From positions 160,001 to 224,000 of the forward strand of contig CAVXJH010000003.1 in the NCBI GenBank assembly GCA_963762115.1: a stretch of 64,000 nucleotides of DNA. Reading direction: 5' to 3'. This document shows, one piece after another, positions 38,935 to 47,674 of this stretch. Origin of the DNA: Candidatus Babeliales bacterium (GTDB taxonomy: Bacteria > Babelota > Babeliae > Babelales > JANWKD01). Below the pieces are notes generated by a model that saw only the letters and a list, made by a program, of their open reading frames with translations, had not been told where the DNA came from and searched no databases. Both the position numbers and the translations under genes were made by a program. Positions within the stretch are counted from its first letter, which is position 1, and each line of letters opens with the position of its first letter.

Positions 38935-41685
38935 TTATGCAGCAGCAATTGCTTGATCTGCATCAGAAGATTGTACTTCTTCTGGTTTATTTCCTTTTGC
39001 TTTTTCAGTAACAACAAAATTCATGATGTGCATGATTTGCTCTGCTGTTAACAATTCTTCTTTAAGAAGAACAAGAGCAACGAATGCCAATTCTTCTTTA
39101 TGTTCAGCAAGAAGATTATACGCAATCTCTTTATGCTTAGTAATTAAAGCATGAGCTTCAGTTAATTTGCGTTCTTTCAATTCTTTAGGTGCGTCTTTTT
39201 CGCGCATACCTTCGAACACAATGCGTTTTGCAATACTCATTGCTTGCTCATTATCTTCAGCGTGATAACTATAACTTGTGTTACCATATAATAGTTTCTC
39301 AGCAGCATGACCAGCAAGGCAGATTGTCAATTCATCAAGAAGATCTTGATGTGAATCAAACTTCAAGGTGTGTGGTTTATGCATCGTGAAGGTGCTACCA
39401 TACACAACGGTTGTACGTGCTTTCCTTTGTTCTTCATCTTTTTCTTCTTTGTCTTTCCAGCCATTAAAGAGAAGATCTTCTTCAGGAATTCTCACGCCTG
39501 TTGGTCGTGTGGTAACTTTGGTCAACTGCAAGTTTGCATCAAGCAAGATGCGCGCCATAGCATGACCAGATTGGTGAATAGAAACAAGTTCTTGTTCAGC
39601 CAAAGGTAGCGGTGATTTATCCGAAAGAATCAGATTGATGTCTTCATCAAATGCGCGTTCAAAATCTTCTGCACGAGGCAACTTACCTTGAATTTTACCA
39701 TCGATTAACGCAGTGCGTAACATTTCAGATAACGCATCAAAAGGATAGCCTTCGCTTTCTTGAGCAAGTTTATCAATAAGTTCTTCTTCGATAAATATTG
39801 CACGTTTTTCAAGTTCTTTTTGTAAGAATATCTTACGTTCATCCAATGTTGGATAGACAAAGTGTAAGTGTTTACCAAATCTTCCTGATGCACGCAATGA
39901 ATCATCAAGTTGTTCAGGTTTATTGGTTGCTGCAATAATGATAACCTTATTTTTATTTTTTCTATTTAAGGTACTCATTGCTGTTAACATTTCACCAAAA
40001 CGCTTACTATCACGCAGTCTGTGAAGCCCGATTGTATCCAATTCGTCGATGAATATAATAAGAGGAGCATAATTTTGTGCTTCATCAAAGAATTGGGTAA
40101 TACCAACTTCAACAAGTTCTGCAGCTTTGATTTCAACATAGTGCAAGGTATCTTTCTTGCCCATTTCTTTATCGATTTGTTTAATCGTTCCTGCTGTTGC
40201 TTCTGCCATGAAACTCTTACCAGTTCGTGTTGGACCTTCAAGTAAAATACCTGTTGGTGGCACGATGCCTGGACGATCAAAGAATTCATTGTTCGTTACA
40301 TAGGCAACAATTCTGAGCATCTCTTGTTTTGCATGATCGTTACCGATAACGTCATCAAGAGTTACTGAAACTTCTTTTTCATATTGACTGATTAAACCAG
40401 CTTTTTTAACCGGCCCACCAGCTAAGTAATCATCGATTTGGTTGATATTACCGTTAAATAAATTACTCATATATTTAGCAGAACTTTTAAGCACTGGTGC
40501 AATATAATCAGGGAAAATTGCAATACCGGGACATGCAAAGCTAAGTAAGCTTAATCCAAATTCACCTAAAGTATCCTCTGCATAGGTTAAGAATCCAATA
40601 GTGGTTGGATTCATCCTATCAATGCCACCTAATTCGCGAGCAGGAGGTCGGAACCCAATAGCTTTTTTTATAGGCATAAGCCATTTTTTTATTGTTGATT
40701 GTGGTGTTAACAAATTATCGTCAATATATCCTGATGAGTCGTTATTTTTATGATTATTTATTTTTCGTTGGGTCTTTGCCAATATATCTTTTTCAGTTGC
40801 AGAAAGTCTTTCTTTTGAATTATAAATTCTTTTTTCTTCAGGAGAACCATTTTCTTCGAGTTTCCATTTTTGTGGTTTATCTATAAAGAGTCTGCCATGC
40901 AACCTATAAATTACCCAGGTCAAAAGAGCGGCTCCGCCTACAACATAAAGAGACTTTTTAGCAATGCCATAATCGTGATTTAATTTTTTTAGTTTGCGAT
41001 ACATAATATTAAACGTCGATAACCCAACGGTAGGAGCTTTTTTGCCCAAAGCAGTAATACGATCAGTATTTCCCGTTAAGCTTTCTTCTAATTGCCCTAA
41101 ATCAACGTCATCAGTTGGATTTGCGCGGGTATTAAGATCATATTCAGTATGAGGAAATGTTTTAAGGCCACTTTTGATCGCGGTCGTAAGATTTTCATGA
41201 ACCGTGTTAATAAGAGTAACAAGGCTGGGGAAATTTTCTTTTTGGGCGAGTAAGAAGGCGCTATACCTGATTTTTCCAATCATGGTACCCAAGCTTGTCA
41301 GTTCTTTTTTTGCAGCAGATTTTTCAGCAGGGGTAAGGCGTACCTGGTTATTGTTAAGGATTTGCGCCACGTCGCTGGTGATTTCCGCAAGCATATCAAG
41401 CTGCTTGAGAATTTCTTGTGCAACCATTTCTGCTTGTTGAGCTTGCGTTGCTTGCGCCATCAAAGCATTTAAATTTTGTTCTTGATCATTATGAGAATCT
41501 TGTGATTCTTCTTGTTCAAGCATATCGAGTTGAATAGGTTCTTCTGTTTGTGCTTGATCGATGATTTGTTCTTGTTCCGGGGTGTTTTCGCTGTTATCTG
41601 CATAGATTAAAGGTGCAGAACCCATAAGAATGCCAAAAAGCATTGAAAGAATCAGTGGTTTGAAAAAACGAGTTTTCGATTTCAT
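38935..41685 (-). CDS. FtsH-like AAA+ ATPase with degenerate M41 protease motif and long N-terminal extension
   Basis: GPTRTGKS, IIFIDE, AATNKPEQLD..L..GRF; HQSGH in place of HEAGH; LAGHAAE. Confidence 0.88.
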   Translation of the reverse strand: MKSKTRFFKPLILSMLFGILMGSAPLIYADNSENTPEQEQIIDQAQTEEPIQLDMLEQEESQDSHNDQEQNLNALMAQATQAQQAEMVAQEILKQLDMLAEITSDVAQILNNNQVRLTPAEKSAAKKELTSLGTMIGKIRYSAFLLAQKENFPSLVTLINTVHENLTTAIKSGLKTFPHTEYDLNTRANPTDDVDLGQLEESLTGNTDRITALGKKAPTVGLSTFNIMYRKLKKLNHDYGIAKKSLYVVGGAALLTWVIYRLHGRLFIDKPQKWKLEENGSPEEKRIYNSKERLSATEKDILAKTQRKINNHKNNDSSGYIDDNLLTPQSTIKKWLMPIKKAIGFRPPARELGGIDRMNPTTIGFLTYAEDTLGEFGLSLLSFACPGIAIFPDYIAPVLKSSAKYMSNLFNGNINQIDDYLAGGPVKKAGLISQYEKEVSVTLDDVIGNDHAKQEMLRIVAYVTNNEFFDRPGIVPPTGILLEGPTRTGKSFMAEATAGTIKQIDKEMGKKDTLHYVEIKAAELVEVGITQFFDEAQNYAPLIIFIDELDTIGLHRLRDSKRFGEMLTAMSTLNRKNKNKVIIIAATNKPEQLDDSLRASGRFGKHLHFVYPTLDERKIFLQKELEKRAIFIEEELIDKLAQESEGYPFDALSEMLRTALIDGKIQGKLPRAEDFERAFDEDINLILSDKSPLPLAEQELVSIHQSGHAMARILLDANLQLTKVTTRPTGVRIPEEDLLFNGWKDKEEKDEEQRKARTTVVYGSTFTMHKPHTLKFDSHQDLLDELTICLAGHAAEKLLYGNTSYSYHAEDNEQAMSIAKRIVFEGMREKDAPKELKERKLTEAHALITKHKEIAYNLLAEHKEELAFVALVLLKEELLTAEQIMHIMNFVVTEKAKGNKPEEVQSSDADQAIAAA

Positions 41686-41804
41686 AATAATAAGCCTCCA
41701 TCAAAAATAAATACATTTATCTGTATTTTCATAATATCCTCTATTAAAACAGTTGTCAAACAGTAAAATTCAGTTAAGAATTATTTTTTGTTAAAAAACG
41801 GTTA

Positions 41805-41838
41805 GGAAAAAACCCGGTCAAAAATACCGGGTTTTTCC
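41805..41838 (-). terminator. Terminator-like hairpin
   Basis: GGAAAAAACCCGGT-loop-ACCGGGTTTTTCC downstream of 41869-42486. Confidence 0.7.
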
Positions 41839-41868
41839 ATATTTTAGTTTATCTTTTTTGAGAGGAAG

Positions 41869-42486
41869 TTATGCAGCTGCAATAACCGCTTCTGTTTCTT
41901 CTTTTGTTTCTTCTGGCGCATTATAACCAAAGAGATTGTTGATATAGTTATCAAATGAATCTCTGTAATATTCATAATAAGGCTTGGTGTGATCTTTGAA
42001 TGGTTCTGTTAATAACCATGTTACCGCCGATAATTTCATTATTTCGCCGAAAGCATCATTTTTCCAATTCTCTTTGAAGTGCGTCGCGCAATGTCGGTAA
42101 TAGAGATAAATTAAAGGTGTGCGTACTATTATAGAAAATACAAAGGCAGGTGTTAAATTAGGTAATTTTTTTGCTTCTTTTTTATCTGTTTTACTTTCTT
42201 TTGCTGCTTCTGTAATAAGCGTTTGAAATGCAGCAACTAATTGAGCATGATCTTTTTGAGATAATTTAAATTCTGTTTTAGCTTCTTTTTCAGTGTATTC
42301 ATCAGAGATGTTTGTATCCAATTGTTCATCAGGCTTTTCAACTAGTTCAGCACAGATGTTTATATCAGATTCAGCAAATGAAGTTGTAATCGAATCTTGT
42401 GAAAAAAGAGGCGATACGGTAATACTACTAACTAATAGAAACAACGATGCTTGTGCATAAAGGGATATTTTTCTTGTGTGCGACAT
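41869..42486 (-). CDS. Hypothetical secreted/membrane protein ending in VIAAA
   Basis: Signal peptide, acidic region, hydrophobic segments. Confidence 0.75.
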   Translation of the reverse strand: MSHTRKISLYAQASLFLLVSSITVSPLFSQDSITTSFAESDINICAELVEKPDEQLDTNISDEYTEKEAKTEFKLSQKDHAQLVAAFQTLITEAAKESKTDKKEAKKLPNLTPAFVFSIIVRTPLIYLYYRHCATHFKENWKNDAFGEIMKLSAVTWLLTEPFKDHTKPYYEYYRDSFDNYINNLFGYNAPEETKEETEAVIAAA

Positions 42487-42638
42487 GAATTTTTACCTTT
42501 TTATAATAAGGGTTATACTAAACGGGTGAATTATGCTTATAGTATGTGTTTCTTCAAGGTTTTTGTCAAACGGTTTTAGGAAAAAAAAGCCGTAAATTAT
42601 TCCAATTGTAACATTTTTTTATTAAAGGAATCTTAATT

Positions 42639-44102
42639 ATGCAAATGAAAAATTATGTCGGCTACTTGGCGGGTGCAGCAGTAATCTTGGCGGGGTTATT
42701 GGCTTATTTTGTAGTAAAACAGCATTACGTTGATTTTTCTTCACTGTATGTGCCTGCGCAACAAAAGATTGCTATGAAAGCTGCGCTAGAATATGAGAAT
42801 ATTGTACCCTTATTGATTGTTGGTTCAGGGTGTGCAGGGTATAGCGCCGCCATATATGGTTCGCGAGGAAAGATCAAAACGGTGTTATTTACCGGCAATA
42901 AGCCCGGAGGTCAATTAAGTGGTACATCAAAAGTTGAAAATTGGCCTGGGTTGTTTCAGGAGCTTGGCCCTGATATTATGCAAAAATTAAGGAAACAGGC
43001 TGAAAGTTTTGGCGCGCAGGTGGTTAATGACACTATTTTTGGGATTGATTTTAAACAATGGCCTTATGAAGTCACCACGGAAGATGGTAAAAAGATACAT
43101 GCCTTATCAATAGTGTTAGCAACAGGCGCTTCACCAGCAATGCTTACTATTCCCGGTGAACAAGAATATTGGGGCAAAGGGGTGACCACGTGTGCCATTT
43201 GTGATGCACCATTCCATAAAGATAAAGAGGTGATTGTTGTTGGTGGTGGTGATTCAGCAGCTGAAGAGGCATTACAGCTTTCTGCATATGCAAAAAAAGT
43301 GACCATTGCTGTGCGCAAGGGCGAGATGCGTGCTTCACCATCGATGCAAGATCGTTTGCGTGATGTTCCCTCAATTAGTGTTGTTTATAATACCGAAGTA
43401 AAAAGTATCGTTGGTAACGAGAACGAAGTTACTGGTGTGCAGTTATTTAATAATGCGACCCAGGAAACAGAATATAAAGTGGTGAGTGGTGTGTTCTTGG
43501 CTATTGGGCATACACCAAATACTGGGTTGGTAAAAAATCAAATTGATACTGATAAAGAAGGATATATTCTTGTGCAGGGTAGAACGCAACAAACAAATGT
43601 TCCCGGTGTTTTTGCCGCAGGAGATGTTGAAGATAAGCTTTATCGTCAAGCGGGAGTAGCTTCGGGCAGTGGTATTCGTGCTGCACTTGATGCGCTCAAT
43701 TTCTTGCAAAATAATGGGTTTACTCCTGAACTGGCTAAAAAGATGAAATCTCGTTATTTCAAGCCTGAAGCGGTTCGTGCATCTTCGGTGATTAAGCTTA
43801 CTTCTATGCAAGAATTTGAAGAAATACGTAAAAGCAAACGAATATTTGTTCTTGATTTCTATACTAATTTCTGCCCAAGTTGTATGCAGATGATGCCTGC
43901 GCTTGAATCAGTTGCCTATAAATATATTGATCAAGTTGCTTTCTGCAAAGTTGATGCAAGTCAATTGCTCGATTTAGCTCAAATGTTCCATGTTTCTTCA
44001 GTGCCAGCTATTTTGGTCTTTAAGGATGGTTCATTAGTTGGTCGTTATAATCAGGCGATGACTAAAAAGCAGTTGTATGAATTTGTAGAACGATTTTTGT
44101 AA
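42639..44102 (+). CDS. trxB: Thioredoxin reductase-thioredoxin fusion with N-terminal TM anchor (copy 1)
   Basis: GSGCAG, GGQL, CAICD, GGGDSA and FAAGD motifs; C-terminal DFYTNFCPSC Trx domain. Confidence 0.9.
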   Translation: MQMKNYVGYLAGAAVILAGLLAYFVVKQHYVDFSSLYVPAQQKIAMKAALEYENIVPLLIVGSGCAGYSAAIYGSRGKIKTVLFTGNKPGGQLSGTSKVENWPGLFQELGPDIMQKLRKQAESFGAQVVNDTIFGIDFKQWPYEVTTEDGKKIHALSIVLATGASPAMLTIPGEQEYWGKGVTTCAICDAPFHKDKEVIVVGGGDSAAEEALQLSAYAKKVTIAVRKGEMRASPSMQDRLRDVPSISVVYNTEVKSIVGNENEVTGVQLFNNATQETEYKVVSGVFLAIGHTPNTGLVKNQIDTDKEGYILVQGRTQQTNVPGVFAAGDVEDKLYRQAGVASGSGIRAALDALNFLQNNGFTPELAKKMKSRYFKPEAVRASSVIKLTSMQEFEEIRKSKRIFVLDFYTNFCPSCMQMMPALESVAYKYIDQVAFCKVDASQLLDLAQMFHVSSVPAILVFKDGSLVGRYNQAMTKKQLYEFVERFL

Positions 44103-44282
44103 ATTAAATTTAATACTAGATTAAGCCTCGAAAAATAAATATTTGAATATTTTTCAATAATTTCAAATCATTGATTTTTCGGGGCTTTTTTTGTTACCCT
44201 GATACTAAGAACGAGCTTATTTGAGGCAAATCTTGCCTATAAAATATGGTTCAGAATGAAATAGGTAAAAAAAGGAAAGAAT

Positions 44283-44405
44283 ATGAAAAAAATGATTTCT
44301 TTAATGGCCTTGATAATCGTTGGTTTTATGGTTGCGGGAACTTCAGTCAAACATACTATTGAAACAACCAAAACTACCTATAAAACTATTGGTTATCAAA
44401 AATAG
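44283..44405 (+). CDS. 40-aa small protein with signal/TM helix
   Basis: MKKMISLMALIIVGFMVAGTSVKHTIETTKTTYKTIGYQK*; AAGGAAAG upstream; absent from the ORF track. Confidence 0.55.
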   Translation: MKKMISLMALIIVGFMVAGTSVKHTIETTKTTYKTIGYQK

Positions 44406-44479
44406 TCAGTAAAAAAACAGATTTTTTATAGTTTCATTTTAAAAAAAAATTATTTGTAACCCAGTGCAATACAAAAAAT

Positions 44480-45943
44480 GTGCAAAAAGGAGTATCGATT
44501 GTGAAGATTAATGCACGTTATAGGTATGCCATTATTGGTAGTATTATTTGTAGTATTGCTTTTGGGTTATATTATCTTACTTCTAAGCCTTCAAAACAAT
44601 CATCATTTTCTGTTTCATCACTTCTCAAGGAAAAAAATCTTGTTCCTGTTGTTGTCATTGGTTCCGGGCCAGCCGGTTTGAGTGCTGCGTTATTTACTGC
44701 GCGTGCTAATTTCAAAACAATCGTGATTGCTGGACAACAAGAAGGTGGACAATTAATGGAAGCGGCTTATGTAGAAAATTGGCCTTCAAAGAAAAAAATG
44801 AGTGGTAGTGATATGATGCGTGATTTAAAAGAACAAGCAGAGCAATTTGGCGCAAAAGTTATTACTGCCTATGTTGATTATGTAGATTTTTCAACATTTC
44901 CCTTTACTCTTCATCTTAATACAGGCGAAATTCTTAAAGCATTATCAGTTATTGTTGCAACAGGTGGTTCGCAACGTACGTTGCCAATTCCCGGTGTAAA
45001 AGAATATTGGGGTAAAGGTATTGGTGTGTGTACTATTTGTGATGCGCCTTTTGATAAAGGTAAAGAGGTGGTTGTCATTGGCGGTGGCGATGCTGCTTGT
45101 GATAAAGCGTTACAGCTTGCTGCTTTTGCCAAACAAGTCACCATGTTGGTGCGTGATAAAGAAATGCGTGCGGCTGATATTGTGCAAGGATATGTAAAAA
45201 ATACAAAAAATATTGCGGTGCGCTGCGATGTTGCGGTTGAAAAAATTATTGGTGCAAATGGTAGAGTTTCTGCTCTTGAATTGCGTGATGCGCAATCAGG
45301 AAAAAATGAGACAATGCCGATTCAATCAGTTTATTTTGCTCTCGGTTTTGATCCTAATTCTCAATTATTTAAAGGATTGTTGCAACTTAACAAAAATGGT
45401 TACGTCGTGTTGCATGAAAATATCCAAAAAACATCAGTTGATGGCGTATTCGCTGCTGGCAACATAGAAGATCCCTTGTATCAAAAAGCGAGCGTCGCTG
45501 CAGGTGCCGGTGCGAGGGCAGGTCTAGATGCAATCCAATTTTTACAAGAAAAAGGTTTCACGCCAACGGTGGCAGAAGCGCTCAAGAATGTTTTGTATGT
45601 TGAACATAAGAATTGTAAAAATGGCATTCTTACCCCTTCAACGCAAGAAGAATTACAAAAAATCTTTGCCGAGCATGATACTCTTATTATTGATTTTTAT
45701 GCTCGCACGTGTCCTGTTTGTAAAATGCTTGCTCCTTATTTTCAACAAGCATGTGCGCAGATGGGTGAAAGTGTTACCTTTGCTTCATTTGATATTCAAA
45801 ATTCATCTGAGATTGTCAAACAATTTAACATTGAATCGACACCAACGCTGATTTTCTTAAAATCAGGAAAAGAGGTTGCACGTTCAATTGCTTTGCGTTC
45901 GCTTAAAGATATCGTTGATTTTGTTCAGAAAAACAAAAAATAA
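44480..45943 (+). CDS. trxB: Thioredoxin reductase-thioredoxin fusion with N-terminal TM anchor (copy 2)
   Basis: GSGPAG, GGQL, CTICD and GGGDAA motifs; C-terminal DFYARTCPVC; likely start GTG 44501 after AAGGAG. Confidence 0.9.
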   Translation: MQKGVSIVKINARYRYAIIGSIICSIAFGLYYLTSKPSKQSSFSVSSLLKEKNLVPVVVIGSGPAGLSAALFTARANFKTIVIAGQQEGGQLMEAAYVENWPSKKKMSGSDMMRDLKEQAEQFGAKVITAYVDYVDFSTFPFTLHLNTGEILKALSVIVATGGSQRTLPIPGVKEYWGKGIGVCTICDAPFDKGKEVVVIGGGDAACDKALQLAAFAKQVTMLVRDKEMRAADIVQGYVKNTKNIAVRCDVAVEKIIGANGRVSALELRDAQSGKNETMPIQSVYFALGFDPNSQLFKGLLQLNKNGYVVLHENIQKTSVDGVFAAGNIEDPLYQKASVAAGAGARAGLDAIQFLQEKGFTPTVAEALKNVLYVEHKNCKNGILTPSTQEELQKIFAEHDTLIIDFYARTCPVCKMLAPYFQQACAQMGESVTFASFDIQNSSEIVKQFNIESTPTLIFLKSGKEVARSIALRSLKDIVDFVQKNKK

Positions 45944-45959
45944 AACTCAAATTTATTGA

Positions 45960-45995
45960 CTGGATCACTACGGAACTTCGTTCCTCATGATGACA
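45960..45995 (-). repeat. Solo TGTC-tagged hairpin arm
   Basis: Revcomp TGTCATCATGAG-GAACGAAGTTC-CGTAGTGATCCAG. Confidence 0.85.
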
Positions 45996-46112
45996 TTCTG
46001 TTAAAATTGTTAATTTTGCTTGTAGAAATCTATATTGCTTCGTCGAGTTCGCGTTAATTAACATTAGTTCGATAAAAAATTATTGATTGATTAATGAGTA
46101 AAATATCTCCCA

Positions 46113-46372
46113 TGTCTTCCCGAGGAGCATTGCGACGTGGGGATCCAGCCTATAAAATTCTTTTTCTTTTTTCCTATTTCCTAATTAGGTTGCTTTTATT
46201 GATTCAATAAATTTTAATTTTAGGAATTTTATTTATAGAACATTATAAGCTGGGTTCCCACGGTCCGCCTTCGTTAAAACTATGGCGAACAGGCACAATT
46301 GGTGGATTCGCCGAAGCTTGCCAAGCCGGAAGGCGTGGATAAGCATAGGCTGGACTGTGCCTCGGAATGACA
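46113..46372. repeat. Inverted TGTC dimer; right arm carries two nested insertions
   Basis: Left TGTCTTCCCGAG..CGTGGGGATCCAG; right arm interrupted by 46264-46293 and 46299-46355. Confidence 0.9.
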
Positions 46373-46539
46373 TTTCGGGGTTTGATATCTTTTTGTTGAG
46401 GCCAAATTTTCTTAATAACTCTCCCAAGATAAATGTATTTATAAAAAATAAAATGCAAAATATTGCAAATTGAAAAATAAAAATGCTACACTCAGGTACA
46501 GATAAAATGTTACGATAAAATTAGCTGAGAGGATGTGTT

Positions 46540-47556
46540 GTGAGTGTTAGGAATAATCGGTTATTGATGCTCATATGGTTATGTGTAATGAGCCAAATTA
46601 CTAAAACTGAAGATGAAAAATATTTAGTTAAAAGTAAGTTAGAGCCGGTTGTTTTCACGTCTAATTCACCCTTTTATGATGAAAATGGTTTAATTACTAT
46701 TACACGCAAAGGTTTTCTTCTTAAAAAACCAAAGGCGCAAGCAACAGTGCTCGTGTGTCATGGTTTTATGTGTGATAAATTTGATTCTGCTTTCTTGCGT
46801 ATGATATTTCCTACGTGTTGTAATGTTATGACATTTGATTTCAGAGCGCATGGTGAAAATGTGAGCGAACATCAATATTGTACCTTTGGTCGCGATGAAG
46901 CGAATGACGTTATTGCGGCAGTTAACTATTTGAAATCTCGTCCTGATATTGGTCACATGCCTATTATTGCTTATGGTTTTTCAATGGGTGCCGTTGCATC
47001 AATTCAAGCACAGGCAGCATATCCTAATCTTTTTTGTGCCATGATTTTAGATTGTCCTTATGACCACAGTAAAAATGTTATTAAAAAAGGTCTTGAGAAT
47101 TTAAAGTTTTCATTTTTTGGCTATCAATTTTCCTTGCCTGGAAAAGAGCTGCTTGAACAATATGCTTTTCATCCGTATGTGCAATCATTTCTCAAAGCAG
47201 TGTTAAAAACGGTTGCTAATATGGATGCAACGGCAACAAACACGTATATTTATCCGGTAAGTCCTATGGATTCTATTAAAAATGTTATGGTTCCTTGTTT
47301 CTTTATTCATTGTTTGAATGATGAAAAAGTGCCGGTAAGTGCGGCAAGAAATTTATTTAATGGTGCGCGTGGGTATAAACGATTATGGCTTACTTCTGGC
47401 CGCCGCCATTTTGATTCATTTTTCTATAACCCAGAAAAATATGTGTATAGAATAAATCGTTTTATTCAAAAAGTTCTTGAATCGTCACTTGAAGGAAAAG
47501 AACAACAAAAAATTAAGCAGGATGCGATCGTCGATCAAGCAATTGCTGCTGCATAA
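46540..47556 (+). CDS. Alpha/beta hydrolase (serine esterase/peptidase fold)
   Basis: HGF, FDFRAHG, GFSMG nucleophile elbow, D..VP and RH motifs; hydrophobic N-terminus; ends DQAIAAA. Confidence 0.88.
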   Translation: MSVRNNRLLMLIWLCVMSQITKTEDEKYLVKSKLEPVVFTSNSPFYDENGLITITRKGFLLKKPKAQATVLVCHGFMCDKFDSAFLRMIFPTCCNVMTFDFRAHGENVSEHQYCTFGRDEANDVIAAVNYLKSRPDIGHMPIIAYGFSMGAVASIQAQAAYPNLFCAMILDCPYDHSKNVIKKGLENLKFSFFGYQFSLPGKELLEQYAFHPYVQSFLKAVLKTVANMDATATNTYIYPVSPMDSIKNVMVPCFFIHCLNDEKVPVSAARNLFNGARGYKRLWLTSGRRHFDSFFYNPEKYVYRINRFIQKVLESSLEGKEQQKIKQDAIVDQAIAAA

Positions 47557-47674
47557 ATTTGATGAGAGTAAAGCAATGTATTGAAATTCAATTAGAATTT
47601 ATTATACACTTGATGCTAGTGATTTGTTAAAAAAATTAAAAGTGGTAGTTAGAAAGCTTTGGGGAGTTGGCATA

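Noticed and set aside
38759..39011. Short ORFs after the transposase
   Set aside because: They span the IS right end, the repeat remnant and a terminator; no coding signal
46233..46473. Three short ORFs of 63-71 aa
   Set aside because: They are translations of the GC-rich nested repeat arm
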